Positions 1 to 9,860 are shown, counted from the stretch's first letter. The stretch is DNA of 64,000 nt from an uncultured Prevotellaceae bacterium (GCA_949295905.1 CASFNA010000007.1:110135-174134), one strand, 5' to 3'. Program-made: numbers and translations. Notes: generated from the letters alone by a model not told the origin.

Positions 1-1
1 A

Positions 2-1369
2 ATAAAGGAAAACGTCTCGGAACAGCAATTCAACACATGGTTCAGGCCAATCGCCTTCGAATCATTCCACGAAGCAGGCAGGACACTCATACTTCAAGTG
101 CCCAGCAACTTCTTCGTTGAATACCTTGAAGAGAACTATGTCGGCCTGCTAACCAAGGTGCTGACAAAATATTTCGGCGCAGGCATAAGGCTCAACTACC
201 GCATAATGGTGGACAAGACACACAAAATCACACAGAAGGTGGAGCCCGAGCCGATAGCCGACATGGACAAGACGACACGCCGCACAACGCGTATCAACCA
301 GTCGCCCACGGTGCTCGACGCCGCCAAGCCGCAGGACATCGACTCGCAGCTGGACCCACGCCACACCTTCGCCAACTACATCGAGGGTGACAGCAACAAG
401 CTGCCGCGCTCCGTCGGGCTGTCAATAGCCGAGCATCCCAACTCGACACAGTTCAACCCGATGTTCATCTACGGCCCTTCCGGCTGCGGAAAGACGCACT
501 TAATCAACGCCATCGGCGTGCGCACCAAGGAGCTGTATCCGCAGAAGCGCGTGCTGTACATCAGCGCAAGGCTGTTCCAGGTGCAATACACTGACGCCGT
601 GCTGAAGAACTGCACCAACGACTTCATCAACTTCTACCAGACCATCGACATGCTCATAGTCGATGACATACAGGAATGGGTGTCGGCAACGAAGACGCAG
701 GAGACGTTTTTCCACATCTTCAACCACCTCTTCCGCAACGGCAAGCGCATCATCTTGGCGTGCGACCGGCCGCCCGTCGACCTGCAAGGCATGAGCGACC
801 GCTTGCTGACACGCTTCAGCTGCGGCCTCATTGCGGAGCTTGAGAAGCCCAACGTACAGCTTTGCGTCGACATACTCAACAGCAAAATAAAGCGTGACGG
901 ATTGCACATACCCGAAGAAGTGGTACAGTTCATCGCGCAGACGGCCAACGGAAGCGTGCGCGACCTGGAAGGAGTAATCAACTCGCTGCTGGCCTTCTCC
1001 GTGGTGTACAACTGCAAAATCGACATGCGCCTGGCCGAAAGGGTAATCAAGCGCGCCGTGAAAATAGACAACGAACCGCTAACGATGGACGACATCCTCG
1101 ACACCGTGTGCAACCATTTCAACGTAACCACCACGGCCGTAATGAGCCGTAGCCGCAAGCGCGACTACGTTGTGGCGCGCCAGGTGTCGATGTATCTCGC
1201 GCAGAAATACACCAAGATGCCGGCCTCGCGCATAGGAAAGCTCGTCGGCGGACGCGACCATTCAACCGTAATCCACAGCTGCTCGCAGGTGGAGACGCGG
1301 TTGAAAATAGACAAGATGTTCAGCAGCGAGGTGCAAAGCATCGAAAACTCGTTCAAGCTGAAGAGATAA
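2..1369 (+). CDS. dnaA: Chromosomal replication initiator DnaA (5' end outside window)
   Basis: Frame is open from base 2 (IKENVSEQQFNTWFRPI); Walker A GPSGCGKTHL, Walker B IVDDIQ, C-terminal GGRDHSTVIHS. Confidence 0.98.
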   Translation: MKENVSEQQFNTWFRPIAFESFHEAGRTLILQVPSNFFVEYLEENYVGLLTKVLTKYFGAGIRLNYRIMVDKTHKITQKVEPEPIADMDKTTRRTTRINQSPTVLDAAKPQDIDSQLDPRHTFANYIEGDSNKLPRSVGLSIAEHPNSTQFNPMFIYGPSGCGKTHLINAIGVRTKELYPQKRVLYISARLFQVQYTDAVLKNCTNDFINFYQTIDMLIVDDIQEWVSATKTQETFFHIFNHLFRNGKRIILACDRPPVDLQGMSDRLLTRFSCGLIAELEKPNVQLCVDILNSKIKRDGLHIPEEVVQFIAQTANGSVRDLEGVINSLLAFSVVYNCKIDMRLAERVIKRAVKIDNEPLTMDDILDTVCNHFNVTTTAVMSRSRKRDYVVARQVSMYLAQKYTKMPASRIGKLVGGRDHSTVIHSCSQVETRLKIDKMFSSEVQSIENSFKLKR

Positions 1370-1372
1370 GAC

Positions 1373-1406
1373 AAAAGGATGCCGCTTGCAAGCGGCATCC
1401 TTTTTT
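1373..1406 (+). terminator. Intrinsic terminator after dnaA
   Basis: AAAAGGATGCCGCTTGC/AAGCGGCATCCTTTTTT hairpin with T-run. Confidence 0.85.
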
Positions 1407-1445
1407 ATTGCATACAAAACAACATGACTTACAGCCTTGCAATAT

Positions 1446-1580
1446 GAAAGGCCGTTTTTCATAATGTAAAAGACGGCATTTCAACGCACGAAAGGTGGCC
1501 TTTTACCGTGTAAAAGGCCACCTTTTGCATTGCATTCTGCCGCAGTTGAAAACCGTAACTGCGGCAGGATGTTTGATTAC
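1446..1580. repeat. 22-bp-period array, locus A (4 units plus degenerate end)
   Basis: 15-mers at 1446, 1468, 1490, 1512 (gaaaggccgtttttc, aaaagacggcatttc, gaaaggtggcctttt, aaaaggccacctttt) separated by 7 bp. Confidence 0.9.
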
Positions 1581-3649
1581 AGACTGAAACCGAACTGCGC
1601 CCCGGCCATCACCCAAAGGCCGGGTTGCGGCACGTTGCCGTAGTCTACATAGTCTGTGTCGAAGAGGTTGTTGGCCTCTACGTACAGCGAGTACCGCGGC
1701 TTGCTCCATGCCAGGCGTGCGTCGACGAGCTGGTAGGGCTTGTACGTGCGGTTAATACCGCCGGTGTCGGTGTACGAACCGCGCCGCTCCTGAAAGCGAT
1801 AGTTCACGTCGAGCGCAAGGTTTGGCAGCAAGTCAAGCCCTATCGAGGCCACTACCTTGTGGCGAAGGTACTCCAAGGCGTACATCGACTGCACCCCCTC
1901 TTCGCGCCGCTGGCTCTGGTCTATGTAGGCATAGGCCACGCCGAGCGAGCGCAGCACACGCCGACAGGGCAGCAGGCGGCAGAAATCGAGCTTCAGGTTG
2001 GCCTCAACGCCGGTGGAGTTTATCTTCGCATGGTTGACCGAAGTCCATACGGCATCCTCGCCGAGCGACGTGTCCATTATCCAGTCTATCATGTTCCTGC
2101 CCCAATGGCGGTACACCGAGAGCGTGGCGTTGACCCCCTTCGCCGCATAGCGCAGGCCTACTTCCACGGCCGTCATTTCTTCCGGCTTCAGGTGTTTGTC
2201 GGCCTTGTGACCGTCGACGGAGTAATACAGCTCGGTGAACGACGGCATACGCAGCGACATGTTCAGCGAGGCGTAGGCCTTCAAGGCCGTTGTCAGGGCG
2301 TAGCTTGCATCCACACCGGGGTAAAGCTTGAAGGGCATTTCGCTCCAAGTGTTCCTTACCGCCGTGAAGCCTGCCGACGCCGTGAAGCGTCCGAGGGTGA
2401 CGTTGTGCTCAAGGTAGAGGCTAAGGTTGGTGCGATTCAGGCCGAGAGTATAGTCGCGGTCGGTGCCGTGTATATGCACAGGAGAGTTAAGCGGCTCGCC
2501 GAGAGTGGTCGATATGATGTCCTCGTTGCGCACCTCCGCGCCGAAAACGGTACGCCCCCACGCCCAGTCGAACCATCCGCCGAGGTTTAGCCCGATGACG
2601 TCGGTGCGGTGGTAGTTGAACGGCGAGCGGCTTGGCGCATCGCGGTAAAACTCGTAACGGTCGTGGTATCTGTTCCAATAGACAGACGGAAGGAAGTGGA
2701 ACCGCCCTGCTTCCGCCTCGGCCTTTATGGCCGTATATATCTTAGTGGTGTGCTCATACTGCTCGTCAGACAGCGTGCTGTAGAACGTGTTGCTTCCCCA
2801 GCCTTTCGAACTTACGCCTGCGTGCCAGCTTACATCCACGCTTTCACCGCTGTACCGGCCCTTGTAGAAGGCGCGTCCGCCGCTGTAGTCGGCGTTCAAA
2901 CGGCCCGCCTTGCTGCGCCGGTAGCCGTCGCTGCGCGCGTAAGAGCCGCTTACGGCGTTGCTCCACCTGCCCTTTGCTAACGCGATGCGTGCCCCGACGT
3001 CGGCATAACCGAACGAGCCGCCCTCGGCCCTGACCTCTCCGCCGCTCTCTGTGGCGGCCTTCGTCACTATGTTCACCGCCCCGAGCAGCGACGATGTGCC
3101 GAATATTCGCCCGGCAGGACCCTCTATTACCTCGATGCGCTCTATGTCGCCAAGGCTTACGGGCAGGTCGAAGGCGTTGTGACCGGTCTGCGGGTCGCAG
3201 ATGTTTATGCCGTCAAGAAGGATGGCAATGTGCTCGCTCGTGCCCCCGCGGATGCTGATGTCGGTCTGCGCACCCATCGCTCCGCGCTGGCGGACGTCCA
3301 CGCCTACGGCGTATTTAAGCAGGTCGTTGATACTTTGTGCTGGCGCGGCGGCAATGTCCTCGCGGCTCAGCACAGTTACAATTCTCGGCGCCCGGCCGGC
3401 GGCCAGCGGCGCGCGCGAGGCGGTGACGTCCACTTCGTCGAGAAGGACGGTGCGTGTGGTGTCGGCCATGCCCAGTCCGTCGAGGTCAGTGCGCACACTG
3501 ACGCCGTCGGCCTTGGCGTAAGTCAACGTAGCCACGCTGAGCGTCCCTACAAGCACCTCGCGGCCGAGACACGCGAAAAGGGCGTACCCGCGGCGGCTGA
3601 AATGCTTGAACTTTAAGCTCTCGCGCTTGTTGAAAACTGTTTTGTACAT
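1577..3649 (-). CDS. TonB-dependent receptor (BtuB-like plug plus barrel)
   Basis: LDEVDVTASR TonB-box region, plug motifs IRGG..ILLDG and IERIEVIEGP..GAVNIVT, NNLFD, aromatic C-terminus. Confidence 0.93.
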   Translation of the reverse strand: MYKTVFNKRESLKFKHFSRRGYALFACLGREVLVGTLSVATLTYAKADGVSVRTDLDGLGMADTTRTVLLDEVDVTASRAPLAAGRAPRIVTVLSREDIAAAPAQSINDLLKYAVGVDVRQRGAMGAQTDISIRGGTSEHIAILLDGINICDPQTGHNAFDLPVSLGDIERIEVIEGPAGRIFGTSSLLGAVNIVTKAATESGGEVRAEGGSFGYADVGARIALAKGRWSNAVSGSYARSDGYRRSKAGRLNADYSGGRAFYKGRYSGESVDVSWHAGVSSKGWGSNTFYSTLSDEQYEHTTKIYTAIKAEAEAGRFHFLPSVYWNRYHDRYEFYRDAPSRSPFNYHRTDVIGLNLGGWFDWAWGRTVFGAEVRNEDIISTTLGEPLNSPVHIHGTDRDYTLGLNRTNLSLYLEHNVTLGRFTASAGFTAVRNTWSEMPFKLYPGVDASYALTTALKAYASLNMSLRMPSFTELYYSVDGHKADKHLKPEEMTAVEVGLRYAAKGVNATLSVYRHWGRNMIDWIMDTSLGEDAVWTSVNHAKINSTGVEANLKLDFCRLLPCRRVLRSLGVAYAYIDQSQRREEGVQSMYALEYLRHKVVASIGLDLLPNLALDVNYRFQERRGSYTDTGGINRTYKPYQLVDARLAWSKPRYSLYVEANNLFDTDYVDYGNVPQPGLWVMAGAQFGFSL

Positions 3650-3696
3650 AAATTATAAAAAAACGTTTGACGCTCCGCAACGTGCGGAACGACGGG

Positions 3697-3704
3697 CAAA
3701 GGTA
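3697..3704 (-). promoter_or_regulatory. Bacteroidota sigma-A -7 box
   Basis: TACCTTTG matches TAnnTTTG, ~48 nt upstream of the receptor start. Confidence 0.7.
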
Positions 3705-3731
3705 ATGAAAATAAATGAGAAACAGGATTGT

Positions 3732-3840
3732 CATCGACGGCCTTTTACCTTGCAAAAGGCCACAAATCGCACGCTAAAAGGCCGTCTTTTGCAGACTAAA
3801 AGACGGCATATTGCAAACGCGTTGATTATCAACGTGTTAC
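3732..3840. repeat. 22-bp-period array, locus B (4 units plus terminal palindrome)
   Basis: Units at 3732, 3754, 3776, 3798; cap gcaaacgcgttgattatcaacgtgttac 3813-3840. Confidence 0.9.
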
Positions 3841-4026
3841 AGACGGAGCACGAACGGGTGTAAAAACAACTGTGAAACAGGCACCGGCTGCCAAGCCGAC
3901 ACCCACGAGAAGAGCAGAGGCCGACACCTTGACAGCCGCCGCTTATTAATAATAGTTAAACCGTTGGCCGTGCGGATAATTTTTTGTTACTTTGCACCAA
4001 ATTAGGTGTGTTATAGCCACTAAGTA

Positions 4027-4905
4027 ATGGGTAAAAGAAAGAAAACGTCCCGCGTCCGCCACGGATTGCAGGGGATAACGCTATGTATAAGCACCGCACT
4101 GGTGCTGATTTTATTGGGAATGGTAGTGTTCTCCGTGCTGTCGGCACGCAACCTGTCGTCATACGTCAAGGAGAACCTTACGGTAACGATGATGCTTGGC
4201 GAAGACATCACCGACCCCGAGGCCGAACGGCTGTGCAAGGAACTGGGCAAACGCCCCTACATCAACCACATTACTTATATAAGCAAGGAGCAAGCCCTGA
4301 AGGAGCAGACCGCCGCCATGGGCACAGACCCGAGCGAGTTTCTGGGCATAAACCCCTTTGTGGCGTCAATAGAGCTGCAACTCAAGGCGCAATACGCCAA
4401 CACCGACTCGCTGAAATGGATTTCGGCGGCGCTCAAGAGCGACAAGCGCGTCACCGACATAACCTACCCCCAAGACCTTATGGACAGCGTTAACAGCAAC
4501 CTCAACAAGATAAACCTTGTGCTGCTGGTGCTCGCCGTGCTGCTTACATGCGTGTCGTTCTCGCTCATCAACAACACCGTGAGACTGGGAATGTACGCCC
4601 GCCGCTTCACCATACACACGATGAAGCTGGTCGGCGCGTCGTGGGGCTTCATACGCAGGCCCTTCCTCGGCAACGCCGTGGGCATAGGCCTGCTGGCCGC
4701 ATTGCTGGCCGACGGAGTGCTGGCCGCCGGAATATATGCCCTGTACACTTACGAACCGGGAGTAATGACGGTGATAACATGGCAGGTAATGGCCATAACG
4801 GGCGGCTCGGTGTTCCTCTTCGGACTGCTCATCACGTTGCTGTGCGCATGGGTGGCGGTAAACAAGTTCCTGCGCATGAAGGCCGGAGACCTGTACAAAA
4901 TCTGA
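4027..4905 (+). CDS. ftsX: Cell division permease FtsX
   Basis: 4-TM layout, INNTVRL..RRFTIHTMKLVGASWGFIRRPF motif. Confidence 0.95.
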   Translation: MGKRKKTSRVRHGLQGITLCISTALVLILLGMVVFSVLSARNLSSYVKENLTVTMMLGEDITDPEAERLCKELGKRPYINHITYISKEQALKEQTAAMGTDPSEFLGINPFVASIELQLKAQYANTDSLKWISAALKSDKRVTDITYPQDLMDSVNSNLNKINLVLLVLAVLLTCVSFSLINNTVRLGMYARRFTIHTMKLVGASWGFIRRPFLGNAVGIGLLAALLADGVLAAGIYALYTYEPGVMTVITWQVMAITGGSVFLFGLLITLLCAWVAVNKFLRMKAGDLYKI

Positions 4906-5033
4906 CGGGCAGATTTTGAAGTAACAATTAACAATTAAAAATTAAACCGCGTGACGGGGCGCAATACGAAAACATGCAAGTCAAGACCGCTTGTCTGCTC
5001 GTAACTGTGTGCTTGTCTGCTAAACGAAAAGAA

Positions 5034-5291
5034 ATGGACAGAAGAAACTTTGCATTTGACCGGATGAACTTCATCCTCCTTGCCGTGGGAATGGCAATAG
5101 TAATCATCGGCTTCATACTAATGAGCGGCGGAGGCACCGAGGACGGCTCCTTCAACCCCGAAATATTCAGCCCCATGCGCATAAAGGTCGCCCCGGCGGT
5201 ATGCTTCATAGGCTTCGTGTCGATAGTATACGCCATCATACGCAAGCCGAAAGACAACGGCACTGACGACATTAACACACCTAAAGAATAA
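5034..5291 (+). CDS. DUF3098-type small membrane protein
   Basis: Start MDRRNFAF..GFILMSGG..FNPEIFS; usual position between ftsX and uppP in Bacteroidales. Confidence 0.85.
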   Translation: MDRRNFAFDRMNFILLAVGMAIVIIGFILMSGGGTEDGSFNPEIFSPMRIKVAPAVCFIGFVSIVYAIIRKPKDNGTDDINTPKE

Positions 5292-5304
5292 ACAAGACTG
5301 ACTT

Positions 5305-6144
5305 ATGGATTTATTTGAAACGGTCATCATCGCCATCGTTGAGGGCCTTACGGAGTTTCTGCCCGTGTCTTCAACGGGACACATGATAATCGCGCAGAGC
5401 CTGCTCGGCGTAGAGAGTACGCCGTTTGTCAAGGCGTTTACCGTCATCATACAGTTCGGCGCCATCCTCTCGGTAATCTGCCTATACTGGAAACGCTTTT
5501 TCTACCCCAACGCCGGGCGTGAAGGCAAGTCGTACTGGCGCGCCATGTTCGACTTCTACGCACGCCTCGTGGTAGGCGTGTTGCCCGCCGCAGTGCTCGG
5601 CTTCGCCTTCAACGACGAAATAGAAGCCAACCTCGGCAACGTCCAGCTGGTAGCGTGGATGCTCATAGTGGGCGGCGTATTCATGCTATTCTGCGACCGC
5701 ATATTCAACCGCGGAAGCGAGAACACACGCCTTACGTACAAGCGCGCCTTCGTAATTGGCCTCGTACAGTGCATCTCGATGATACCAGGCGTGTCGCGCT
5801 CTATGGCCACCATAGTAGGCGGAATGAGCCAGCGGCTCACCCGTAAGGCCGCAGCCGAGTTCTCGTTCTTCCTCGCCGTGCCCACGATGTTCGGCGCAAC
5901 GTGCCTCGAGACATACAAGCTCATCAGCCACGGCGACGGCTCCATCCTCGCGCAAGGCAACAACTTGCAGATGCTAATCATTGGCTCGGTGGTGGCGTTC
6001 ATCGTCGCCATACTCGCAATAAAGTTCTTCATCAACTACGTTACGAAGTACGGCTTTGCGGCGTTCGGCTGGTACCGCATCATCGTAGGCCTCATAATAA
6101 TCATCTGCACGCTGTGCGGCGTAGAGATGAAAATGACCGACTAA
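5305..6144 (+). CDS. uppP: Undecaprenyl-diphosphate phosphatase
   Basis: EGLTEFLPVSSTGH and PGVSRS motifs. Confidence 0.97.
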   Translation: MDLFETVIIAIVEGLTEFLPVSSTGHMIIAQSLLGVESTPFVKAFTVIIQFGAILSVICLYWKRFFYPNAGREGKSYWRAMFDFYARLVVGVLPAAVLGFAFNDEIEANLGNVQLVAWMLIVGGVFMLFCDRIFNRGSENTRLTYKRAFVIGLVQCISMIPGVSRSMATIVGGMSQRLTRKAAAEFSFFLAVPTMFGATCLETYKLISHGDGSILAQGNNLQMLIIGSVVAFIVAILAIKFFINYVTKYGFAAFGWYRIIVGLIIIICTLCGVEMKMTD

Positions 6145-6150
6145 GAGCCG

Positions 6151-6876
6151 ATGAACTTCCACGAAGGAGAAATAATATGCCTTGACAAGCCTTACAGGAT
6201 GTCAAGTTTCGGTGCGCTGGCACGCGTCCGTTACCTCATTTCGCAGAAGCTCGGCGTGAAACGCATGAAGACCGGCCACGCCGGAACACTCGACCCGCTG
6301 GCCACCGGAGTGCTAATACTCTGCACGGGACGCGCCACCAAGCGCATAGAAGAGCTGCAACTGCACACCAAGGAATACACGGCCACGCTGCAACTCGGCG
6401 CCACCACGGCCAGCTACGACATGGAACATCCCGTCAACGCGACGTTCCCCACGGAGCACATAACGCGCAGCCTCATCGAGGAAAAGCTGCAAACGTTCGT
6501 CGGGGAGATACAACAAGTGCCGCCGGCGTACTCCGCCTGCAAGGTGAACGGCGACCGCGCGTATGACCTTATGCGCAAAGGCAGGGACGTGGAGCTTAAG
6601 CCCAAGACGCTGCAAATCGACGAAATAGAGCTTACATCGTTCTCGCCCGAGCTGATGCAGATGTCAATCCGCGTGGTGTGCGGCAAGGGAACGTACATCC
6701 GTGCGTTGGCACGCGACATAGGCGCAGCCCTCGGCAGCGGCGCATATCTTACCGCATTGCGCCGCACAAGAGTAGGAGACGTGCGCGTGGAAGACTGCGT
6801 TACGCTCGACGACTTTCCCCAATGGTTGGACAAACAGACAATAGAAGACATAATAACGGAGGAAAACAAGATATGA
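6151..6876 (+). CDS. truB: tRNA pseudouridine(55) synthase
   Basis: GHAGTLDPLATG and GTYIRALARDIG. Confidence 0.97.
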   Translation: MNFHEGEIICLDKPYRMSSFGALARVRYLISQKLGVKRMKTGHAGTLDPLATGVLILCTGRATKRIEELQLHTKEYTATLQLGATTASYDMEHPVNATFPTEHITRSLIEEKLQTFVGEIQQVPPAYSACKVNGDRAYDLMRKGRDVELKPKTLQIDEIELTSFSPELMQMSIRVVCGKGTYIRALARDIGAALGSGAYLTALRRTRVGDVRVEDCVTLDDFPQWLDKQTIEDIITEENKI

Positions 6877-7991
6877 AACTGTCACAATTCAAGTTCAAAC
6901 TGCCTGAAGAAGCCATAGCCCTTAACCCGCCATACCACCGCGACGAATGCCGGTTGATGGTGCTGCACAGGGTTTCACAGAAAATCGACATGTACAAGAC
7001 GGACGACAAGGGAGAACCTCTTAAGGACGAGGAAGGCAACCCCGAGTACCTTGATTTCCGCAACATACTTGACTATTTCGACGAGGGCGACGCCTTCATC
7101 TTCAACGACACAAAGGTCTTTCCGGCGCGTCTTTACGGCACGAAGGAGAAGACCGACGCGAAAATAGAGGTGTTCCTGCTGCGCGAACTGAACGAAGAGA
7201 TGCGCCTGTGGGACGTTCTCGTGGAACCGGCACGCAAAATACGAATAGGCAACAAGCTGTTTTTCGATGACAGCGGAACAATGGTTGCCGAGGTAATCGA
7301 CAACACCACGAGCCGCGGACGCACGCTGCGCTTCCTCTACGACTGCCCTCATGACGAGTTCAAACGCGACCTCTACGCGCTCGGCGAGGCACCACTGCCC
7401 CACTATATCGTCGACCGCCGCCCGGCAACTCCCGAGGACTTGGACGACTTCCAATGCATTTTCGCCAAGAACGAAGGCGCCGTTACAGCCCCGGCTTCGG
7501 GTCTTCATTTCAGCCGAGAGCTGATGAAGCGCATGGAAATAAAGGGCATAGAGTTCGCCTTCATAACGCTGCACTGCGCCTTGGGCAACTTCCACGACAT
7601 CGAGGTGGAGGACCTTACAAAGCACAAGATGGACTCGGAGCAGATGCTAATCGGCGCGGAAGCCTGCAAGACGGTCAACCAAGCGAAGCTGACCGGCCAC
7701 CATGTGTGCGCCGTAGGCACAAGCGTTGCAAAGGCTACGGAGACCGCCGTGGGCACAGACAAGCTGCTCAAAGAGTACGAGGGCTGGACTAACAAGTTCA
7801 TCTTCCCCCCATACGAGTTCGGCGTTGCCGACTCGATGATATCCAACTTCTATCATCCAATGTCGCCGCTGCTCATGTCTACCGCCGCGTTCGGCGGCTA
7901 CGAGCTGGTGATGCAGGCTTACGACATGGCCGTAAAGAACGGCTACAAGTTCGGCTGCTACGGCGACGCGATGCTTATTGTGAACGACTAA
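6873..7991 (+). CDS. queA: S-adenosylmethionine:tRNA ribosyltransferase-isomerase
   Basis: Start MKLSQFKFKLPEE (ATGA overlap with truB stop); FNDTKVFPARL, APASGLHF, YGDAMLI. Confidence 0.95.
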   Translation: MKLSQFKFKLPEEAIALNPPYHRDECRLMVLHRVSQKIDMYKTDDKGEPLKDEEGNPEYLDFRNILDYFDEGDAFIFNDTKVFPARLYGTKEKTDAKIEVFLLRELNEEMRLWDVLVEPARKIRIGNKLFFDDSGTMVAEVIDNTTSRGRTLRFLYDCPHDEFKRDLYALGEAPLPHYIVDRRPATPEDLDDFQCIFAKNEGAVTAPASGLHFSRELMKRMEIKGIEFAFITLHCALGNFHDIEVEDLTKHKMDSEQMLIGAEACKTVNQAKLTGHHVCAVGTSVAKATETAVGTDKLLKEYEGWTNKFIFPPYEFGVADSMISNFYHPMSPLLMSTAAFGGYELVMQAYDMAVKNGYKFGCYGDAMLIVND

Positions 7992-7995
7992 AGGG

Positions 7996-8083
7996 AGTGA
8001 AAAATGAAAAACGAAAAGTGAAAAATCCATTACCTTTTATATGGCATCTGGATTTTTCACTTTTCACTTTTAATTTTTAACTT
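7996..8083. repeat. Inverted pair of heptamer tandem arrays (AAAARTG)
   Basis: agtgaaaaatgaaaaacgaaaagtgaaaaatcc ... ggatttttcacttttcacttttaatttttaact between queA and folK. Confidence 0.8.
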
Positions 8084-8089
8084 ATCAAA

Positions 8090-8506
8090 GTGCACACGGT
8101 TTATCTCGGATTAGGCACCAACCTCGGCGACCGCAGGCGCAACTTGGAGACCGCCATACGCCTTTTGGAAGAGCGTGTGGGCACGGTTTTGCGCACAAGT
8201 CAGTTCCACGAGACCGAGCCTTGGGGCTTTTCGTCCGACAACATGTTCATGAACGCCGCCGTGTGCATCGACACACAGCTATCTCCGCGCGGCCTTCTCG
8301 AAGCCACGCAGGCCATTGAGCGCGAGATGGGACGCACGGTGAAGTCCACCGACGGGCGGTATCACGACCGGCTGATTGACATCGACATACTGCTGTATGA
8401 CGACCTCCGCGTGGACGAACCCGACCTGAAAATACCGCATCCGCTGATGCACGAGCGCGACTTTGTAATGCTTCCGCTCGGCGAAATACTTGCACACAAA
8501 CCATAA
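8090..8506 (+). CDS. folK: 6-hydroxymethyl-7,8-dihydropterin pyrophosphokinase
   Basis: YLGLGTNLGDR, DRLIDIDIL, IPHP..ERDFV; GTG start. Confidence 0.95.
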   Translation: MHTVYLGLGTNLGDRRRNLETAIRLLEERVGTVLRTSQFHETEPWGFSSDNMFMNAAVCIDTQLSPRGLLEATQAIEREMGRTVKSTDGRYHDRLIDIDILLYDDLRVDEPDLKIPHPLMHERDFVMLPLGEILAHKP

Positions 8507-8523
8507 AAAGCACGCACCAAGAC

Positions 8524-8814
8524 ATGAAGATGATTTCAGAAAGTGACAAACAATTCAGCTGGGAGGACGTGAACACCCTCATGGGAGGCATCGTCCTCGT
8601 GCTTTACGTCTGCCTGAAGGAAAAGGAAGCCTCGCCGGCATGGGTCCATTTGGTTGCCGGACTGCTTGCCGTCACAATCGGAGTAACCAATTTCATGAGA
8701 TATCGTAACAAGAGGAAGGACGGGAAAAGCGCGGCGTTGACATTCTTCCTCTGTATATTGTTCACCCTATGGGGCATCGGCTTCATCGTCCAGGCGCTTG
8801 CTTTGCTCCTCTAA
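8524..8814 (+). CDS. Small hypothetical membrane protein (about 3 TM)
   Basis: 96 aa, three hydrophobic segments, basic loop RYRNKRKDGK. Confidence 0.7.
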   Translation: MKMISESDKQFSWEDVNTLMGGIVLVLYVCLKEKEASPAWVHLVAGLLAVTIGVTNFMRYRNKRKDGKSAALTFFLCILFTLWGIGFIVQALALLL

Positions 8815-8844
8815 ACACCGGCCAACCTTTATAAAAACATAGCT

Positions 8845-9108
8845 ATGAACAACCTGCTTGTAAAGTTTTTCGCATACGCCGACATGCTTTTCATGACGGC
8901 ATTCATCCTCGCCGTACTCATTGGCGACATCAAATGGCTTTCCGTCACAACGTCCATCGCCCTGCTGGCGTTCGGCATCGCCGGCGTAGCTCACGCCCTG
9001 CTAACGCGCAAGGGGCGGCCGCAAAACTACATATACGTCTGCGGTCTCGACGCGCTCGTCGGTCTCGTGGCCGTCATCTTGGGAGTAACCACAGGCTGGT
9101 GGAACTAA
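8845..9108 (+). CDS. Small hypothetical membrane protein (about 3 TM)
   Basis: 87 aa, hydrophobic segments, basic loop TRKGRP, A-rich start context. Confidence 0.7.
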   Translation: MNNLLVKFFAYADMLFMTAFILAVLIGDIKWLSVTTSIALLAFGIAGVAHALLTRKGRPQNYIYVCGLDALVGLVAVILGVTTGWWN

Positions 9109-9120
9109 AAACGCACCGTA

Positions 9121-9372
9121 ATGAACAAGCAAAACATACTCGCCTGGCTGCAAGTAGCGGTCATAATAATGCTTATCGTCATGCTTGCCATAGCCAAAGC
9201 ATGGTTCGGCGAACCGCAATACGTGCAGGCATCAGTCCTCTTCACGCTCATGGGAGCCTTCGGAACAGTGCTAAGCCTGTCGTGCCATGACCGGCTGAAA
9301 AGCCCCCGATTTGCGTACTTCCTCATCACATTGGCAGGCGGCGCGCTGTTCATCGCCCTGCCGTTCGTGTGA
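9121..9372 (+). CDS. Small hypothetical membrane protein (about 3 TM)
   Basis: 83 aa, hydrophobic segments, basic loop DRLKSPR. Confidence 0.7.
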   Translation: MNKQNILAWLQVAVIIMLIVMLAIAKAWFGEPQYVQASVLFTLMGAFGTVLSLSCHDRLKSPRFAYFLITLAGGALFIALPFV

Positions 9373-9534
9373 TTTTACTTGAAGAATAGGCCGAATTGGC
9401 CCAATAAGCCCAATGGGACTGATACGCCGAAAGCTACCGACAAGGCTTTTGGCGACAACTTTCTTATTGCGCAAAAGCGACCGACAAGACATGAGTTCGG
9501 TATAAGGAAGTGTAGTAATAATCCAACATCAATT

Positions 9535-9658
9535 AGTCGTCAGGTAATCTGTCATTCCGCGCTCCGACGCGGAATCCAGTATAAAAAGCATAGAAATAAC
9601 CAGGTAGTTGACACTGGATTCCGCGTCGGAGCGCGGAATGACAGATTACCAACCGACT
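9535..9658. repeat. REP-like inverted doublet (GTCATTCCGCG..CGCGGAATC), copy 1
   Basis: Perfect 38-bp inverted repeat 9543-9580 / 9613-9650, each arm itself a hairpin, 32-bp spacer. Confidence 0.9.
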
Positions 9659-9776
9659 GTTTGGAACGAAAAACAAGTAGCTGTACCCTTGCTGGAAGTT
9701 CTATTCCTTACGCCGAGCTCACGTTCACAAGGCATTCGCCTTTAACTTCCTTAACTTCCATAATTCCTTTAACTTC

Positions 9777-9839
9777 CTACAAGAAACGCGAAAGCGCGAA
9801 ACAGCATTATGCTGTTTCGCGCTTTCGCGTTTCTTGTAG
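9777..9839 (-). terminator. Perfect 31-bp palindrome downstream of rpsO (likely terminator)
   Basis: ctacaagaaacgcgaaagcgcgaaacagcat-t-atgctgtttcgcgctttcgcgtttcttgtag. Confidence 0.75.
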
Positions 9840-9860
9840 TCTATTCTTCAATGACTTCGC

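Noticed and set aside
1370-1576. oriC next to dnaA
   Set aside because: No TTATCCACA-type box cluster or AT-rich unwinding element downstream; the upstream region is outside the window.
3650-3730. Cobalamin or TPP riboswitch before the TonB receptor
   Set aside because: The promoter box is only ~48 nt from the start and no riboswitch consensus is visible.
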